A stretch of 64,000 nt of DNA from Mytilus edulis (taxonomy: Eukaryota): contig NC_092344.1 in NCBI RefSeq assembly GCF_963676685.1, positions 20,150,001 through 20,214,000 on the forward strand, in the 5' to 3' direction. The notes below the pieces were generated by a model. The model was not told where the DNA came from. It searched no databases and was given only the letters and a program-made list of their open reading frames with translations. The position numbers were made by a program, and so were the translations under genes. Positions 63,541 through 64,000 of this stretch are shown one piece after another (positions within the stretch are counted from its first letter, which is position 1; each line of letters starts with the position of its first letter).

Positions 63541-64000
63541 TTGACCTATAATAGTTTACTTTTTTAAAATGGAGAGTTGTCTAATTGGCACTCACGCCAC
63601 ATCTTCCTATATCTATTTGCAATAACTTGTTTCCCAATCCACTATAAATAAATATGCTTAAATTAAATTATGAAGTAAATATACCAACGTTGTTCCTTGG
63701 AGATTCTGTTATTGTTATTTAGTTACTATACTATATATAAAAATATTAATTTTCGCGAACCATTTAGGTCACGGAAATTCCAAAATATGGCATCAGTAAG
63801 GAGAGTTGTGCAAATAATGTGAATACACAGAACCCCCATCCAAATTATCTTTACTGCTAAAAGTATTCATCATTTTCTATTTTATATGTACTAACAACAT
63901 TCCATTTTTCTATAATTTCGATTAAAATATTCCAAAATCTGAGTTAAAAAAAGTCAAATGCCCAAAATAAACATTGTCTGATTGGTTGAAGTACTGTGGC

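Overview
AT-rich eukaryotic DNA, most likely from a bivalve mollusc such as Mytilus (inferred from the repeat landscape, not proven). Most ORF-track entries are therefore spurious. Three host genes are supported. (1) The last two coding exons of Wnt16 (+, 9210-9493 and 13674-14159). (2) A three-coding-exon CHST11-like carbohydrate sulfotransferase (-, 46595-46484, 43311-43262, 40399-39509; 350 aa), with a probable promoter near 51.4-51.7 kb. (3) An intronless sarcoplasmic calcium-binding (EF-hand) protein gene (-, 58518-57895). The rest is mostly repeats: minisatellites, HINE/Helitron-like elements, Harbinger and Mutator/foldback elements, a decayed GalEa-like Copia, LINE fragments, and 5'-truncated retroelement tails. 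The most striking feature is a cluster at 27.85-30.3 kb nested in (TA)n tracts. It holds several copies of a ~440-nt tandem unit that joins a minimal type-I hammerhead ribozyme to a tRNA-Leu-like Pol III promoter (a retrozyme/SINE hybrid). Between these copies lies the 3' end of a Penelope-like element, with a GIY-YIG C-terminus and its own hammerhead-like motif. One insertion also shows a 5' inversion and a 28-bp target duplication. Together these suggest an autonomous/non-autonomous ribozyme-retroelement pair targeting (TA)n.
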